DNA of 37,887 bases from a virus (Duplodnaviria > Caudoviricetes). Shown piece by piece: positions 18,318 through 28,696 of this stretch. Numbering within the stretch: the first letter of the stretch is position 1; the number at the start of each line of letters is the position of its first letter. Position numbers and translations under genes: made by a program. Where the stretch lies: positions 1-37,887 of IMG/VR virus record IMGVR_UViG_3300024279_000012; one strand, 5' to 3'. The notes below the pieces were generated by a model, which had not been told where the DNA came from, searched no databases, and worked only from the letters and a program-made list of their open reading frames with translations.

Positions 18318-19019
18318 ATGACCTGCCTGACCATTATTCAGGATGTGGCGCAACGCATTAACCTGCCGAGTCCCACATCTGCCGCGCAGTCCGCCGACCC
18401 CGCCATTATCCAATTGGTGGCGCTGGCGAACAAAGAAGGCGAATGGCTGAGTAACAAGGACTGGCAGGTTCTGACCAAGGAAACCTCGTTCCTGACGACC
18501 GCGGTGCAGTTGCAGACGACCTTATCTGTGACCGCGCCCGGGCTGAAGAACATCATCAACGATACCATCTGGAATCGTGACCTGCGCCGCCCGGTCTACG
18601 GGCCGATGACGGCGCAGCGCTATCAGCAGGTGCAGGCGGCGGTCTTTGCTGGCCCGTGGAATCAGTTCATTATCCAAGGCGACCAGATCCTGTTCTTCCC
18701 GGTGCCGGTCGCTGGGCAACACTGCTTCTTTGAGTACACCACGTCAAACTGGTGTACCTCGTCGGGTGGCACAGGCCAGGCACGTTTCGTGATGGATAGC
18801 GATATCCTGCTGCTGCGCGAGGATCTGTTCAAGCTCGGCGTGGAATGGCGCTGGAAAAAAGCCAAGGGCCTGGAATATGCGCAAGAGTTCGCGGATTACG
18901 AGGACTTCATGGCGGATTGCAAGGCACGAGACGGAACGCGCGATATTATCAACATGGGTTCCGCACGCTACGATATATTCCCGGGTGTTTTGGTGCCGTC
19001 CGGTAGCTGGCCGATCTGA
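18318..19019 (+). CDS. Head-to-tail adaptor
   Basis: Size and position; helical N-terminus; WRWKKAKGLEY motif. Confidence 0.75.
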   Translation: MTCLTIIQDVAQRINLPSPTSAAQSADPAIIQLVALANKEGEWLSNKDWQVLTKETSFLTTAVQLQTTLSVTAPGLKNIINDTIWNRDLRRPVYGPMTAQRYQQVQAAVFAGPWNQFIIQGDQILFFPVPVAGQHCFFEYTTSNWCTSSGGTGQARFVMDSDILLLREDLFKLGVEWRWKKAKGLEYAQEFADYEDFMADCKARDGTRDIINMGSARYDIFPGVLVPSGSWPI

Positions 19020-20563
19020 TGGTACGCGTCGCTCAACAGCCCAAGACCCGCGCGCAAGTCGCCCGCACGGCTTCCATTCCGGCGCCCATCGGTGGCTGGA
19101 ATGCGCGTGACTCCATCGCCAACATGGAGCCGACCGACGCGGTCATTCTGCAGAATTTCTACGCCACGACCTCTAGCGTGCAGCTCCGCCAAGGGGCGAC
19201 GAACTGGGCCACGGGCCTCGGCACGCAGGTCAATACGCTGATGGCGTTCAACCCGAAATCTGGCACGCCGCAGATGTTTGCCGCAGCCGGCACGAACATC
19301 TACAACGTGACCGCCTCCGGCCCGGTCGGTGCGGCGGTGGTGAGCGCGCAAACCAGCGACAAATGGCAGCACATCAACTTCGCCAACGCGGGCGGGTCAT
19401 GGCTGCTGCTGGTCAATGGCTCGGATTCGGGCCAGAAATACGACGGCACGACCTGGTCACAGATGGTGCTGACGGGCGCGAATTCGTCCGACATGACGCA
19501 CATCACGCCCTATGCCAATCGGGTGTGGATGATTCAGAAGCAATCGCTGACGGCCTGGTATCTCGGCGTGGGTTCGGTGCAGGGGGCGGCCACGGCCTTT
19601 GACTTGACGCCGGTTTTCTCGCGCGGCAGTTTCCTGGTGGCGCTGGGGGTCTGGACGGTCGATGCCGGGGATTCCTCGGGCATGACCGACTATCTGTGCT
19701 TCGTCACCAATCAGGGCGAAGTGGCGATCTATTTGGGCTCCGATCCGACGCAGGCAACCACATTCAGCAAGAAAGGCGTCTGGCGGCTCGGGGCGCCCAT
19801 GTCCGCGCGCTGCCTGATGAAGTATGGCGGTGACCTGCTTTATGTGAGCCGCGATGGCCTGTCGCCGTTCACGAAAGCCTTAGCTTCGTCTCGGGTGAAT
19901 ACCCAGATCAACCTGACCGGCAAGATTGACGGCGCGGTGAATAACGCCACGTCGCTCTATGCGGGGAATTTCGGCTGGCAATCCCTGCTCTTTCCCGGCA
20001 ACAACATGCTGTTCCTGAATGTGCCGGTCGCCTCGGGCTTTCAGGAGCAATACGTGATGAATACCATCACGGGTGCCTGGAGCCGCTTTACCGGCTGGCC
20101 CGCGAATTGCTGGGAGCTGTTCAACGAGCAACCCTATTACGGTGCGAATGGGGTGGTGGTGCGCGCCTGGAATGGCACCTATGACGATAATGGCTCGGCC
20201 ATCGTCGGGGAAGCGCTGCAGGCCTTTTCGTATTTCGGCACGCAACAATTGAAGCAATTCCTGATGGCGCGTCCGGTGATCCAGACTAACGGCGCGCCGG
20301 GTATCCAGATGGGATTCAACGTCGATTACGACACCACGCCGCCCGTGGGCACGCCGAGCTTCTCCGCGCCGGCCTTTGGCCTGTGGGATGTGGGCCTGTG
20401 GGACGTGGCGCTATGGGGATCGGACGCGATTGTTCGCAAGGACTGGCAATATATCTCCGGCGTCGGTTATGCAGGCGCCATGCATTTCCGCATTGCCACG
20501 CTGGATGCTTCCGTGAACTGGGTAAGTACCGATGTGGAAATGCGAGATGGCGGCATTCTTTGA
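19019..20563 (+). CDS. Tail nozzle/DNA stabilisation protein (P22 gp10-like)
   Basis: PAPIGGWNARD start; 514 aa beta-propeller-like composition. Confidence 0.75.
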   Translation: MVRVAQQPKTRAQVARTASIPAPIGGWNARDSIANMEPTDAVILQNFYATTSSVQLRQGATNWATGLGTQVNTLMAFNPKSGTPQMFAAAGTNIYNVTASGPVGAAVVSAQTSDKWQHINFANAGGSWLLLVNGSDSGQKYDGTTWSQMVLTGANSSDMTHITPYANRVWMIQKQSLTAWYLGVGSVQGAATAFDLTPVFSRGSFLVALGVWTVDAGDSSGMTDYLCFVTNQGEVAIYLGSDPTQATTFSKKGVWRLGAPMSARCLMKYGGDLLYVSRDGLSPFTKALASSRVNTQINLTGKIDGAVNNATSLYAGNFGWQSLLFPGNNMLFLNVPVASGFQEQYVMNTITGAWSRFTGWPANCWELFNEQPYYGANGVVVRAWNGTYDDNGSAIVGEALQAFSYFGTQQLKQFLMARPVIQTNGAPGIQMGFNVDYDTTPPVGTPSFSAPAFGLWDVGLWDVALWGSDAIVRKDWQYISGVGYAGAMHFRIATLDASVNWVSTDVEMRDGGIL

Positions 20564-20566
20564 CGC

Positions 20567-21046
20567 ATGAAACGCATCATCATCGACCAATCCGAAGCCA
20601 TTACCAATTGGGTCGCGGCCAAGATTGGCGAAGATACGATCCCGATGGCTTACGGGGTCGGGCTGGAGCATCGCGGCAAGTTGGTTGCCGGAGTGGTCTA
20701 CGCGCAAAAGACGCACTGCAATGTGCATATGCACGTGGCCTCGGATGGCTCCCGGCAATGGATGACGCCGGAATATCTCGGGTTTTGTTTCGCATACCCG
20801 TTTAATCATCTAAAATGCGAACGAGTTACCGGATTCGTCCGGGCAGACAATATTGACGCACAACGATTCGATGAGCATCTAGGCTTCATCCGCGAAGGAC
20901 GACTCCGCCGCGCATGTGCTGATGGAACAGACCTAATCGTTTACGGCATGCTCCGCGAGGAATGCCGGTTCCTGACAGGCAAATATCATGCGGCATACCT
21001 GGAATATTTCGGACTCTCCCGATCTTCCGATTCGCGCGTTTCGTAA
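20567..21046 (+). CDS. GNAT family N-acetyltransferase
   Basis: DNIDAQRFDEHLGFIREGRLR..DLIVYGML. Confidence 0.85.
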   Translation: MKRIIIDQSEAITNWVAAKIGEDTIPMAYGVGLEHRGKLVAGVVYAQKTHCNVHMHVASDGSRQWMTPEYLGFCFAYPFNHLKCERVTGFVRADNIDAQRFDEHLGFIREGRLRRACADGTDLIVYGMLREECRFLTGKYHAAYLEYFGLSRSSDSRVS

Positions 21047-22781
21047 GGCGCTCGGCAAAAATCGCCCTGAAACGCTGGAAGGCGGCAAGGGCGGCGCGCC
21101 GACTGCGCCCGATCCTTATAATACGGCTGCCGCGCAAGGACGACTGAATCAACAGGCCGCCGCTTACAATAAAGCGCTGAATCCCAATAACTACTGGAAT
21201 ACATTCGGTGGCCAGCGTACGGTACAGAGCGGCATTGACCCGAATACCGGCGCGCCGATCTACACCACTGAAATCCGGGCCAACGATGCGATTCAAAACC
21301 TGATTGATCAGCAGGTGGGTGGCCTCGGTGGTGCTGTTGGTAATATGCAGGGCTTTCAGAGTGGTTTGCAGGGACTGCAAAGCCGATATGGTGGCCTTGG
21401 CAACCAATACCAAAACATCAATAGCCAGCTCGCCGGAATGAATGCGGCAGATGCGATGGGGAAAGGGCAAGATGCCTACTATCGCGCGGCGACCAGCTAT
21501 CTTGATCCGCAATACGCCCAGCAGGAAAATTCATTAGAGGCAAAACTTGCCGCGCAAGGTCTAGCGCCGGGATCACAAGCCTATGGCAATGCGATGGGCA
21601 ATTTCCAGCGGGACAAGACATTCGCGTATAACCAAGCGCAGAATTCTGCCATTACCCAAGGCCAACAACTCGGCCTGAATCAGTTGCAGGCGCAACAGGG
21701 ATTGCTTGGCCAGCAAGCCGGCTTGGTGGGCGCCCAACAGGGATTGATTGGGCAGCAAGCTGGACTGTATGGCCAGCAGATCGGCGCTAACCAACTTGGT
21801 TATCAGAATCTAAATTCTCTGGCTAGCCTGATTCCCGGCTATTCCGGTGCCGCACAAGCTGGCGTGAATCCGTCTGATATTGCCAGCGCGCTCCAAAACC
21901 AGTATTTGGGGAATCTTGGCCTCTATAACTCGCGGCAGCAATCTGCCAATGCGACGAACAGCAATCTGGCTGGATTGTTCGGGAATCTGAGCCGGGCCAA
22001 TTCACTCAGCAATATGTTCAGTGGAAATGGCCTCAGTAGTTATGGCAATATGCTGTCCAGCGTTTCTCCGGGGATGGCCGGCAGTCTAGGCGATTCATTA
22101 GGCATGAGTATAGGCGGGGTATATGGGCCAGAAACACAGGCCGGTCTAGATGCGCTGATAGGGTCTTTTAATGGAGGCACCTCGGCAGCCGCAGCCGGTG
22201 GTGCCGCAGAAGCTGGAGCGGCAGGCGCAGCAGAGGCCGGAGCGGCAGGGGCCGGCACCGCAGGAGCAGGGGCAGTAGGCGGTGAAGGCGCGGCAGGGGC
22301 GGGGTTTGGTGGCGCTGCTGGGCTGGTCGCGCTGCCCTTCGCCATTGCGATTGGCGGCATGTTGAACGGGATTTTTGGGCCACCCGATGGCCCAGGTCAA
22401 TCCAATCGAGATATCGCGAATACTTATGGAAACCTCGGCCTTTCCTATACATTCGACGGGAAGCCTTTGTGGCAGCAACTTGGGCTATTTGGGGATTATG
22501 CGAACATGCCGGGCTTTGCCAATAACACCATGAATCAAGCGGGCAGCATGGACATGCAGCATCAGTATTACGGCCAGGATTCCGGGCCAGTGGCGGCATA
22601 TCTTGCGAGTAAATATGGTGCCCCGAACCAAACTATCCTCGCCCAAGGACTTGGCGGTTATACGGACCCTCAATATGCGGACGCATCAAATTATTTCCAA
22701 AGTGCTAATGTCCAGTTGGGAGACTGGAACCCATATATCGGGGGCTATTCCCCGGGATGGAATAGCAATGGTGGGGGCTAA
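20988..22781 (+). CDS. DNA ejection/internal virion protein (P22 gp7-like)
   Basis: N-terminal leader ending TLEGGKGG; Gln/Gly/Asn rich; hydrophobic segment. Confidence 0.75.
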   Translation: MRHTWNISDSPDLPIRAFRKALGKNRPETLEGGKGGAPTAPDPYNTAAAQGRLNQQAAAYNKALNPNNYWNTFGGQRTVQSGIDPNTGAPIYTTEIRANDAIQNLIDQQVGGLGGAVGNMQGFQSGLQGLQSRYGGLGNQYQNINSQLAGMNAADAMGKGQDAYYRAATSYLDPQYAQQENSLEAKLAAQGLAPGSQAYGNAMGNFQRDKTFAYNQAQNSAITQGQQLGLNQLQAQQGLLGQQAGLVGAQQGLIGQQAGLYGQQIGANQLGYQNLNSLASLIPGYSGAAQAGVNPSDIASALQNQYLGNLGLYNSRQQSANATNSNLAGLFGNLSRANSLSNMFSGNGLSSYGNMLSSVSPGMAGSLGDSLGMSIGGVYGPETQAGLDALIGSFNGGTSAAAAGGAAEAGAAGAAEAGAAGAGTAGAGAVGGEGAAGAGFGGAAGLVALPFAIAIGGMLNGIFGPPDGPGQSNRDIANTYGNLGLSYTFDGKPLWQQLGLFGDYANMPGFANNTMNQAGSMDMQHQYYGQDSGPVAAYLASKYGAPNQTILAQGLGGYTDPQYADASNYFQSANVQLGDWNPYIGGYSPGWNSNGGG

Positions 22782-22783
22782 TC

Positions 22784-24442
22784 ATGGCTGCTAATGTTCC
22801 ATTTTCTGTGCTGCCGCAGTATCAGGGCAATCTGTATGACCTGCAGACCAAGCAGGCGATTGCGCAGGCGCTGATTCAGAAAGGGCTGCAGGGCGATCTG
22901 CAGAACTATCAGCCGGCCGGGGGTGGCTTTGCCTACGTGCCGAAATACGGCGCGGGGGCGATTGCGGCTCAGCTCGGCAATGCATTGCTCGGGAATACGC
23001 TGCAGCAGGAGGCGAGTCAAGGCCTGACGCAACTGGGCGCGCAACAGGCTGCCGCCTATCAGCAGATGTTCACGCCGCAGACGGAAACGGCCACGGCCAA
23101 TGTCGACATGCCGCCGACCGCGCAGGCGCCGCTTTCCTTTGGGCTGGGGGCTGGCGGTGGCTTCACGGGGGGGGCGCCCGATGCGGGCCGCGCAGCCTTG
23201 GGCAATGCGCTGGCACCGCAAGTCACGCGCACGACCGCCTCGCCGCTGAATCCAATGGGCATGGACCCGCGTGCAGCGGCAACGCTTTCGCAACTGATGG
23301 GCCTGCCGGAATTCGCCAAATCCTTTGTCGCGCCTAGCTACAAGCCGACCGATGCGACATTGGCCGCGCAACAAGGCGGGTTCGATCCGCGCGCGGCGAA
23401 TCTGATGCAGTTCCGCAAGGATAGCTATGTGGCGCCGACCGCTGGCGGCGCTGGCACGGTCTATCGCGATCCGTTCACCAACAAGGTGATTGGGGCCAAC
23501 CCGAATATCGGCGAAGGCATGCAGGCCGTCTACGACGCGAACGGCAATCCAGTCGGCGCGATGCCGATTCCGGGCTATACCGGTGCGATTGGCGCCATCG
23601 AGGGTGCCCGCGCACAAGGCCGCGCGACTGGCGAAGTGCAGCAGGTTTACAACCCGGCAACGCAGCAGATGGAAATCGTGCCGCGTTCACAAGTGCTGGG
23701 CGGTCAAGGCGGCGGCGGTGCTGGCGGCGGCGGTCTTGGGACTGGTCGCCTAGGTGGGAGTGGCGGCGGCGGTGGCTACGCGGCTGGACCGGCACTCGGC
23801 GCTCCGGAAGCGGCGGCAGTGGAAGGCAAAGGCCAGGCGGAAGAAGGCCTTGCGCTGCAGCGGGAAGCACGCGCGGTGCCGCAGCAGCGCCTGTTTATCC
23901 GCGAGCTGCGCCAGACCATGGCGGGCTTCGATCCGGGCAATCCGAATGCCGATTGGACGCTGATGGCCAAAAAGATGGTCAACACCGCCAATCCGTTCGG
24001 CAATACGTTCGATCCGAACAAAATCGCCTCGCAGGAACAGTTCAACAAGGCCGCGAATCAGTTGGCCATGGCGCAATTCAAGGATCTGAACTCAGGCGGC
24101 GCGAATTCGACGCTCGAAACGTCGATGAAGTCCAACCCGAACGCCACGATTTCGCGCCTCGGCAACAAGGGGATTCTGGATCTGCTGCAGGGCAACGTCG
24201 ATGCCAAGGAACGCATGGGCCAGGAGTGGCAGAAGTGGAAGGAATCAAACGGCGCCGGCTCGTATGGCAAATTCCAGACCGAATGGGGCAAAGCCTACGA
24301 TCCGCAGGTCTTCATGATCCCGTATCAGTCGAAGGAAGAGGCGGCAAAGATGGTCAACGCCATGACGCCGCAAGAGCGCAAGATTTTCCAGAATAAGTTC
24401 AATTTCGCGGTTAAAAACGGCTGGATTCAGCTTCCGGAATAA
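22784..24442 (+). CDS. DNA ejection/internal virion protein
   Basis: Second of three Ala/Gly/Gln-rich genes after the nozzle. Confidence 0.75.
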   Translation: MAANVPFSVLPQYQGNLYDLQTKQAIAQALIQKGLQGDLQNYQPAGGGFAYVPKYGAGAIAAQLGNALLGNTLQQEASQGLTQLGAQQAAAYQQMFTPQTETATANVDMPPTAQAPLSFGLGAGGGFTGGAPDAGRAALGNALAPQVTRTTASPLNPMGMDPRAAATLSQLMGLPEFAKSFVAPSYKPTDATLAAQQGGFDPRAANLMQFRKDSYVAPTAGGAGTVYRDPFTNKVIGANPNIGEGMQAVYDANGNPVGAMPIPGYTGAIGAIEGARAQGRATGEVQQVYNPATQQMEIVPRSQVLGGQGGGGAGGGGLGTGRLGGSGGGGGYAAGPALGAPEAAAVEGKGQAEEGLALQREARAVPQQRLFIRELRQTMAGFDPGNPNADWTLMAKKMVNTANPFGNTFDPNKIASQEQFNKAANQLAMAQFKDLNSGGANSTLETSMKSNPNATISRLGNKGILDLLQGNVDAKERMGQEWQKWKESNGAGSYGKFQTEWGKAYDPQVFMIPYQSKEEAAKMVNAMTPQERKIFQNKFNFAVKNGWIQLPE

Positions 24443-26664
24443 TGGCGACTAACGATTACTCCTCTCTCTTTCAGGAGGCCGGGAAGACCTATAATGTCGA
24501 TCCCGAGCTATTGCGCGCTGTGGTGCAAGTGGAGAGTGGCGGCAATCCCACGGCGGTATCGGAGAAAAACGCGCAAGGCCTCGGACAGATTATCCCTTCT
24601 ACTGCCAAAGCGCTCGGCGTTAAAAACCCGTTCGATCCGCGCGAAAGCGTATTCGGCGCTGCAAAACTGCTGGACGAGAATCTCACGCGCTACGGTAATC
24701 CCAATGATGCGATTCTCGCCTATCATGGCGGCACTGATCAAAAGAATTGGGGGCCGAAAACCCGCGCCTATCTGGAAAAAGTCACGTCTGCCTATCAGGG
24801 CACGCAGGGATCGAAAATGCCTAGTTCGGTGAATACGATTGGAGAAACGGGGAGCGGCAATGATGACGCCTTTAGCGCCTATTTCTCCGCCAAATCGGCG
24901 CCCGCGCCTGCGCAGGGTAATGATCCATTCAGCGCCTATTTTGGTAATGCTGCGCAACCTGCTCCGGTCAAGACGGCTGCTGTAGTGCCGGCGCAAGCCC
25001 AACAGCCCCAGCAGATTCCCGCGCAAGGCCAGCCGGTGCCGGGCGGCTTCACAATGGGCGTCGGCGATGTGGTCAAGGGCGGCGTGCAAAGCCTGGTGCA
25101 TGGCATCGGCGCGCTAGCGGAGCGATATCCGAATGCGGCTAAGACGCTTAATTTTCTGACAGGTGGCGATCTGAACGCCGATGTCGCGGGGGATTTCTCG
25201 CGCGGTGCCAAGCAGGTAGACACGCAAATCGCCCAGCAAGAGCGCGCTTATCAGGCGCAGCGCGCAGCCGCGCAGCCGCCAACATTAAGCGGACTGATTA
25301 CCGGCGAAAGGCAATCTCCCGGAATTGATTGGGCACGCGGAGCCGGTAACGTGCTTGGCGCGGCACCGTTGGCCCTTCTCACTCCTAGTGGTGCCGGGGC
25401 ATCCCTCGCAGGGCGTGCGGCGTTAGGCGCAGGAGCTGGGGCATTTGGCACGCTCGCTACGCCGGTCACTGACGATAGCAGGCCATATGCCGAACAGAAG
25501 AAAGAGCAGTTGGCGCTCGGGACGGCACTCGGCGGCGCTGCGCCACTTGTGACGGCTGGCCTTGGGAGCGCGGTTCGCGGCGTGACTGATCCGGTCCGCC
25601 AACGCTTGGCAGAAGCCGGAGTCACGATGACGCCGGGGCAGATTCTCGGCGGCGCGTTGCAGCGGACTGAGGACAAACTCACCAGTATTCCGGTGCTGGG
25701 CGATTTCATCAAGAATGCCCAGCGCCGCTCATTGGAGAGCTTTAATCGCGCAACGTACAATAGTGCGCTGGAGCCGCTAGGACAGACGCTGCCGGATAAC
25801 GTTGCTACCGGCGCTAATGCGATCACCCATGTTCGGCACGTCATCGGTGATGTTTATAACAGCATCCAACCGCGCGCCACTTTCGTCGCGGATCAGAACT
25901 TTGCGGCTGATCTGGCAGCGGTTCGCAACGAACTAGCACAAAATGCGCCAGGGGCGCTGGCTCAATTCGACAACATTGTTCAGAACCAAATCACCGCCAA
26001 GCTGCGCAATAACGCAATGAATGGCGATCAGTGGGGCAATACCCGCTCCGCCATTACCAGTATCGCGCGGGATCGTGTGATTGGCAATGCGACGCCGGAT
26101 GATCGCGTGCTTTCTACCGCGCTGAATGATCTGGGCGATGCGGTGAATGCGGCAGTGGGCCGCGCCAGCCCACAAGATATCCTGCCGACGCTTAACCGGG
26201 CCAATGCCGCATGGGCGCAATATAAGCAGATCGAGCGCGCGGCGGGTTCCGTGGGCGCATCGAACAATGCCAATGTTTTCACGGCGGCGCAGTTTGCTAA
26301 CGCGGTTCGCAGAGGCTCGACGAATGCGCAAAAGGCGACCAATAGCGGTCTGAATGCACAGCTTGCGGGAGATGCCGCAGATGTGCTCGGGTCGAAGTAT
26401 CCCGATAGCGGCACCGTGGGCCGGTCATTAATGACGCTTGGCACTGCCGGCTTGGCCGGCCATACCGTGGCGCCCGGTGTCGTGTTGCCGGCTGCGGCGG
26501 CGATTGGTCTTGGCTCATTGCCTTATACCGCAACCGGCCAGCGCTTGGCGCAGGCATTGCTGATGAATCGTCCGGCAGGCGCGCAGGCGGCAGGGAATGC
26601 GATTGCGAATATAGGGCCGCGGTTAGGCGCGCTGCTTGCGCCGTCGGCGTTGCTCAAACCATGA
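24442..26664 (+). CDS. DNA ejection protein with N-terminal SLT lytic transglycosylase
   Basis: VDPELLRAVVQVESGGNP.AVS..AQGLGQI..AILAYHGG. Confidence 0.88.
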   Translation: MATNDYSSLFQEAGKTYNVDPELLRAVVQVESGGNPTAVSEKNAQGLGQIIPSTAKALGVKNPFDPRESVFGAAKLLDENLTRYGNPNDAILAYHGGTDQKNWGPKTRAYLEKVTSAYQGTQGSKMPSSVNTIGETGSGNDDAFSAYFSAKSAPAPAQGNDPFSAYFGNAAQPAPVKTAAVVPAQAQQPQQIPAQGQPVPGGFTMGVGDVVKGGVQSLVHGIGALAERYPNAAKTLNFLTGGDLNADVAGDFSRGAKQVDTQIAQQERAYQAQRAAAQPPTLSGLITGERQSPGIDWARGAGNVLGAAPLALLTPSGAGASLAGRAALGAGAGAFGTLATPVTDDSRPYAEQKKEQLALGTALGGAAPLVTAGLGSAVRGVTDPVRQRLAEAGVTMTPGQILGGALQRTEDKLTSIPVLGDFIKNAQRRSLESFNRATYNSALEPLGQTLPDNVATGANAITHVRHVIGDVYNSIQPRATFVADQNFAADLAAVRNELAQNAPGALAQFDNIVQNQITAKLRNNAMNGDQWGNTRSAITSIARDRVIGNATPDDRVLSTALNDLGDAVNAAVGRASPQDILPTLNRANAAWAQYKQIERAAGSVGASNNANVFTAAQFANAVRRGSTNAQKATNSGLNAQLAGDAADVLGSKYPDSGTVGRSLMTLGTAGLAGHTVAPGVVLPAAAAIGLGSLPYTATGQRLAQALLMNRPAGAQAAGNAIANIGPRLGALLAPSALLKP

Positions 26665-26814
26665 CCACGAATTGGTTAGCCGCTCTTCGGCTTTGGCGCG
26701 GCTGCGATCTTCCAAGCGCTTGTAGTGCGGGTAGAGAAAGCGCATGAACGCCATGCGAAGCAGGATCGGCGCGGCGGCAATCAGGAAAAGGCGGATTAGG
26801 GCTTCGGTGCTCAT
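26623..26814 (-). CDS. Small membrane protein (moron-like)
   Basis: N-terminal TM segment and basic tail; overlaps the opposing gene by 42 nt. Confidence 0.45.
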   Translation of the reverse strand: MSTEALIRLFLIAAAPILLRMAFMRFLYPHYKRLEDRSRAKAEERLTNSWSWFEQRRRRKQRA

Positions 26815-26877
26815 GGTCTGAAGTTATTCAGAGTGATAGGCCTGCTAAGTGTAGGCGAAGAAACGAACAAGGAGAAG

Positions 26878-27441
26878 CTAACCCTTCTTACGGTGGATGC
26901 CAGCCTTGATGCGACTGATATGTGATTGAGTCACCGATAGCAATTTGGCGAGATCTACTTGCTTCAGATCAGACTGAAGAATGAAGGCCACTTGATCCGA
27001 CGAAAGTTTTGCATGGCCGTTCCTCTCACCAAAAGCATTCCGTCTTTTGGCCATTGCATCACGATTGTTGTCAAGTTTTGTTCCCGTCGAAAGATGATCG
27101 GGATTGACGCAAGCAGGGTTATCACAAGAATGCAGAACGATAAGTTCGTCAGGGATTTTCCCCTTAAACATTTCGTAAGAAACTCTATGTGCTCTTTTCG
27201 ACAGTTTATCTACTAAAACAATGCCGTAACCATAGCCATTTTTTGTGCCGGTCCACAGCCAACATGAATCTGTTTTTTGGACTCGGTTCATAAATGAATC
27301 TGCCAACGTAGCTTGCGGGAAATTTTCAAGAGTTCCTTTTTTGCGCTCCCTATAATAGCAACGTTTGCATAATTTTCGACCTACGGTTTTTTCATACCCA
27401 CAAAGCAGGCATGAAATTCCATGGTTTCTATGATTACCCAT
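26878..27441 (-). CDS. HNH (His-Me finger) homing endonuclease
   Basis: CWLWTG..GYG..AHRVSY..VLHSCDNPACVNPDHL; RBS GAGGGAG; AT-rich. Confidence 0.9.
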   Translation of the reverse strand: MGNHRNHGISCLLCGYEKTVGRKLCKRCYYRERKKGTLENFPQATLADSFMNRVQKTDSCWLWTGTKNGYGYGIVLVDKLSKRAHRVSYEMFKGKIPDELIVLHSCDNPACVNPDHLSTGTKLDNNRDAMAKRRNAFGERNGHAKLSSDQVAFILQSDLKQVDLAKLLSVTQSHISRIKAGIHRKKG

Positions 27442-27495
27442 ACAATCTCCCTCAAATGGATAATGGATTGTATGCCACGATGATGGAGGCGTCAA

Positions 27496-28659
27496 GTGTC
27501 CCGTAATGGTTCAGGTTCCTATTCTTTGCCAAGTGGCAATCCCGTTGTCCCATCTACCGTCATTTCCTCGACGTGGGCCAACAATACGCTTAGCGATATC
27601 GCAACGGCACTGACGCAATCCATTGCCAACGATGGCCAAACCGTTCCGGTGGCTAATCTGCCGATGGCTGCGTTCCGCCATACCAACGTGGCGAACGCGG
27701 TCAACCGCAACGAATACGCCGCAGCGGGCCAGGTGCAAGACAGCGCCCTGCAGTGGCTAACGTCAGTTGCGGGCACCAATACCATTACCGCCAGCATTAC
27801 GCCATCCCCAAGTGCTTACACGGCGGGGCAGACGTTCCGATTTGTCGCGGCTGGTGCAAATACTGGTGCGGTCACCCTTAATATTAATGGCTTGGGCGCA
27901 AAAAGCATTTTTAAGTCAGGTACCGGCGCTCTTGTCGGCGGAGATATTGCATCGGACGGCGTTTATGAGGTGGTTTATGACGGTACGAATTTTCAGCTAA
28001 ATAATGCGGAATATCCTTCCGGATCATTAATCGGTATTCGGGTTCTTACTGCCAGTGGCAACTATACCGAAACGGTTGGCACCAAAAGCATTGTTTGGCA
28101 TTTGCTTGGGGGAGGAGGAGCAGGCGGCGGCACTCCGACAACAGCGGCAGGACAGACGGCTATTGGTTCTGGAGGAGCATCAGGCGGATATTGTATCGGT
28201 AGATCAACTAGTGGATTTTCTGGCGCAGCATTTACAATCGGCGCGGGTGGAACTGGTGTTTCTGGCGCAGCAGGCAATAACGGCGGAAATTCCACCTTTC
28301 AAGGAGCCACAGCCTCGGGAGGACAGGGGGGCAGAACGGACGGCCCTTCTGGCCCCTCTTTCGTTAGCGGTAGCCCTTCCGTTGGCGGCGCTGCAAGCGG
28401 TGGGCTAATCAATGTAAGGGGTAGTAATGGGGGGATCGGATTTTCTATCAGTACAGCCAATGCTTCCATTGTTGGAGGATCTGGCGCGGATTCGCCATTT
28501 GGCTCCGGGGCTGGTGGTGTGGTGGCAACCGGTTCTACGCAGACTGCATCCGGTTTTGGTTCCGGTGGCGCAGGTGTCGCAGTAGGCGTAAGTGCTGGCG
28601 TGACATTGCCTGGAACGAACGGAACCCCTGGGGTATTGATTATTTACGAATACGCATAA
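27496..28659 (+). CDS. Tail fibre protein with glycine-rich C-terminus
   Basis: MSRNGSGSYSLP adaptor start; NTGAVTLNINGLG; GGGGAGG repeats. Confidence 0.85.
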   Translation: MSRNGSGSYSLPSGNPVVPSTVISSTWANNTLSDIATALTQSIANDGQTVPVANLPMAAFRHTNVANAVNRNEYAAAGQVQDSALQWLTSVAGTNTITASITPSPSAYTAGQTFRFVAAGANTGAVTLNINGLGAKSIFKSGTGALVGGDIASDGVYEVVYDGTNFQLNNAEYPSGSLIGIRVLTASGNYTETVGTKSIVWHLLGGGGAGGGTPTTAAGQTAIGSGGASGGYCIGRSTSGFSGAAFTIGAGGTGVSGAAGNNGGNSTFQGATASGGQGGRTDGPSGPSFVSGSPSVGGAASGGLINVRGSNGGIGFSISTANASIVGGSGADSPFGSGAGGVVATGSTQTASGFGSGGAGVAVGVSAGVTLPGTNGTPGVLIIYEYA

Positions 28660-28696
28660 TAACTAGTCCCAAATAACAGAAAAACCGGGGTCTTAA

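Noticed and set aside
4491-26833. Similar inverted repeats TCTGAA..TTCAGAG at 4491-4510 and 26817-26833
   Set aside because: Spacer lengths differ (6 vs 4) and only two copies; chance cannot be excluded
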